Shown piece after piece: positions 36,404 to 37,867 of a DNA stretch of 37,867 nt. The notes under the pieces are model-generated. The model was not told the DNA's origin, ran no database searches, and was given only the letters and a program-made list of their open reading frames with translations. Positions within the stretch are counted from its first letter, which is position 1. The number at the start of each line of letters is the position of its first letter. Location of the stretch: IMG/VR virus record IMGVR_UViG_3300022307_000007, positions 1 to 37,867 of that record. One strand, given 5' to 3'. A program made the translations under genes and the position numbers. The DNA is from a virus. Lineage: Duplodnaviria > Caudoviricetes.

Positions 36404-37591
36404 ATGCCTGATATTTTAAACGATGAAGGACTAGAATTAAAAACGCTGGCAGAGATCAGAGCCGAACTTGTAGCGGATCTTCAAGACATTTACGGCAATG
36501 ATATCAATGTAGATCAGAACAGCCAGGACGGACAGCAGGTCAATATTTATGCCCAGGGTGCCGTTGATCTTCGTGAAGTTCTGAACCAAGTCAACGCCAA
36601 TTTTGACCCGGATCAAGCTTTTGGACGTGTTCTCGATCAGCGGGTAGCCATTAATGGAATCACAAGGAACGGTGGAACTTATACTTTTACACCAGTTGAG
36701 ATAACGGTTGATAGAGCTCTAAACCTGATCGGTCTTGACACCCAGTCCAACATATTGAACCCGACTGTCGAAGGATTATATATTATTAAAGATGACGCTG
36801 GAACAGAATTTTATCTCCTGGATTCAGTTTCTATCGTTGCCGCTGGAACAGAGGAATTGACATTCAGAGCCGCCGAGATTGGTATAGTTGAGATTCAGAT
36901 CAATACGATCACAGATCCGGTCACTGTAATTGCAGGTGTGACAGATATAAATAATCCGTCCGGGGCCTTATCAATCGGTGTCGATGAGGAATCAGATCCA
37001 GCTTTGAAAGTTCGTAGGCGTGGTTCTGTCGCAATCCCTTCAATCGGATACCTGGACGGAATAGAATCTTCACTTGCAAACCTGGAAGGTGTATCCGTGG
37101 CCAGAGTTTACGAAAATGATACCAATGCAGTGGACTCAGATGGGACACCAGCACACACGATTTGGGCAATTGTCGAGGGTGGAGATCCCATGGAAATAGG
37201 TGAAGTCATCTATAAGAAAAAGTCCAGCGGTTCAGGGATGCGGGGCGCACAAGAAATTGAAATAACTAGACCAAATGGAACCTTATTCATTTCAAAATAT
37301 GACGAACCAGGCTCAGAAGACCTTTATATCAGATTTACTATTTCTCTGATCGGTGGAGGATTCATCGATACCGACGCACTGAAAATAACCATTGTCGAGG
37401 GGTTGTTCTGGGATATCGGAGGACAAGCCGCTTCAGATGAAATCATAGATTTTCTAAAAAATATCAATAGTAAATACCGGGTAACAGAGGTAGAGGTTTC
37501 AGATGATGACGCAACATGGTTTGAAGTTATTTCTGTTAGCTCACCTCAAAATCGGTGGATCAATGCCGTGGCAAGGATAACAATATCATGA
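36404..37591 (+). CDS. Baseplate J-like protein
   Basis: FDPDQA.G..LD, G.DEESD.AL..RR, VYENDT, AHTIW.IVEGG. Confidence 0.88.
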   Translation: MPDILNDEGLELKTLAEIRAELVADLQDIYGNDINVDQNSQDGQQVNIYAQGAVDLREVLNQVNANFDPDQAFGRVLDQRVAINGITRNGGTYTFTPVEITVDRALNLIGLDTQSNILNPTVEGLYIIKDDAGTEFYLLDSVSIVAAGTEELTFRAAEIGIVEIQINTITDPVTVIAGVTDINNPSGALSIGVDEESDPALKVRRRGSVAIPSIGYLDGIESSLANLEGVSVARVYENDTNAVDSDGTPAHTIWAIVEGGDPMEIGEVIYKKKSSGSGMRGAQEIEITRPNGTLFISKYDEPGSEDLYIRFTISLIGGGFIDTDALKITIVEGLFWDIGGQAASDEIIDFLKNINSKYRVTEVEVSDDDATWFEVISVSSPQNRWINAVARITIS

Positions 37592-37851
37592 ACATCGAAT
37601 TAATCGCTTACTATGCTAATCTTTTGATCTTGCAGTACAGGACAAAGCCTAAAGCTGTTCCTACAATTATGGCTTTGATCCGGGCTATCATGTTTTTTAA
37701 TATTATCCGGGAAGTTGAAAACGGTTACGATATTGAGACGGCAATAGGAAAGCAGCTTGATGTTATTGCCAAGTATGTTGGAGCCGAAAGATTAGTAAAT
37801 TCATTAGATCTAACGGATTCAGAACTTAGAATATTGACTAAACTTAAATAA
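37588..37851 (+). CDS. N-terminal part of baseplate wedge protein (DUF2612-like); continues at position 1
   Basis: LLILQY..KPKA, DIETAIGKQLDVIAKYVG..R, L.D...R; the apparent stop lies in the noisy terminal overlap. Confidence 0.8.
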   Translation: MNIELIAYYANLLILQYRTKPKAVPTIMALIRAIMFFNIIREVENGYDIETAIGKQLDVIAKYVGAERLVNSLDLTDSELRILTKLK

Positions 37852-37867
37852 CTTCAAAAAAATAGAA

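Noticed and set aside
645-37169. Many antisense or nested ORFs from the track (e.g. 645..956, 11480..11854, 18338..18718, 25551..25934, 3600..3941, 22148..22408)
   Set aside because: They shadow well-supported genes on the other strand or frame and lack an RBS or recognisable motifs.
1-37867. Stop-codon reassignment, tRNA genes, integrase, introns or inteins
   Set aside because: The standard code gives dense, full-length genes using all three stops; no cloverleaf, recombinase motifs or oversized DnaB/TerL were seen.

Overview
The window is almost certainly one complete, circularly permuted ~37.84 kb genome of a small contractile-tailed (myovirus-like) phage. The baseplate gene cut at the right end continues in frame at position 1 across a noisy ~35 bp overlap. 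Gene order: tail fibre, lysis (holin-like, M15 endolysin, holin), a leftward cluster of small genes, recombination/replication (unknown SSAP-like protein, split Rad50/SbcC-like ATPase, UvrD helicase, initiator with iterons, DnaB, clamp-like protein, VRR-NUC), packaging (a decayed lambda-gpA-type terminase relic, TerS, MTase, TerL, MTase), head (portal, MuF, an inverted small-gene island, protease/scaffold, decoration protein, major capsid), neck, sheath/tube, frameshifted chaperone, tape measure and baseplate. I see no integrase, reverse transcriptase, tRNA or CRISPR array. Best candidates for new biology: (1) a portal carrying a C-terminal HPR-motif plus ADP-ribosyltransferase-like cargo, with recurrent Asn-(Ser/Ala) motifs across the head proteins that may be maturation cleavage sites releasing it; (2) a tail fibre with two near-identical repeat arrays whose variation is focused on a few codons and shows inter-repeat recombination; (3) a fossil of terminase replacement; (4) a Rad50-like ATPase split just after its zinc hook, with no Mre11 partner. 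All family assignments are from motif recognition by eye, not database searches.
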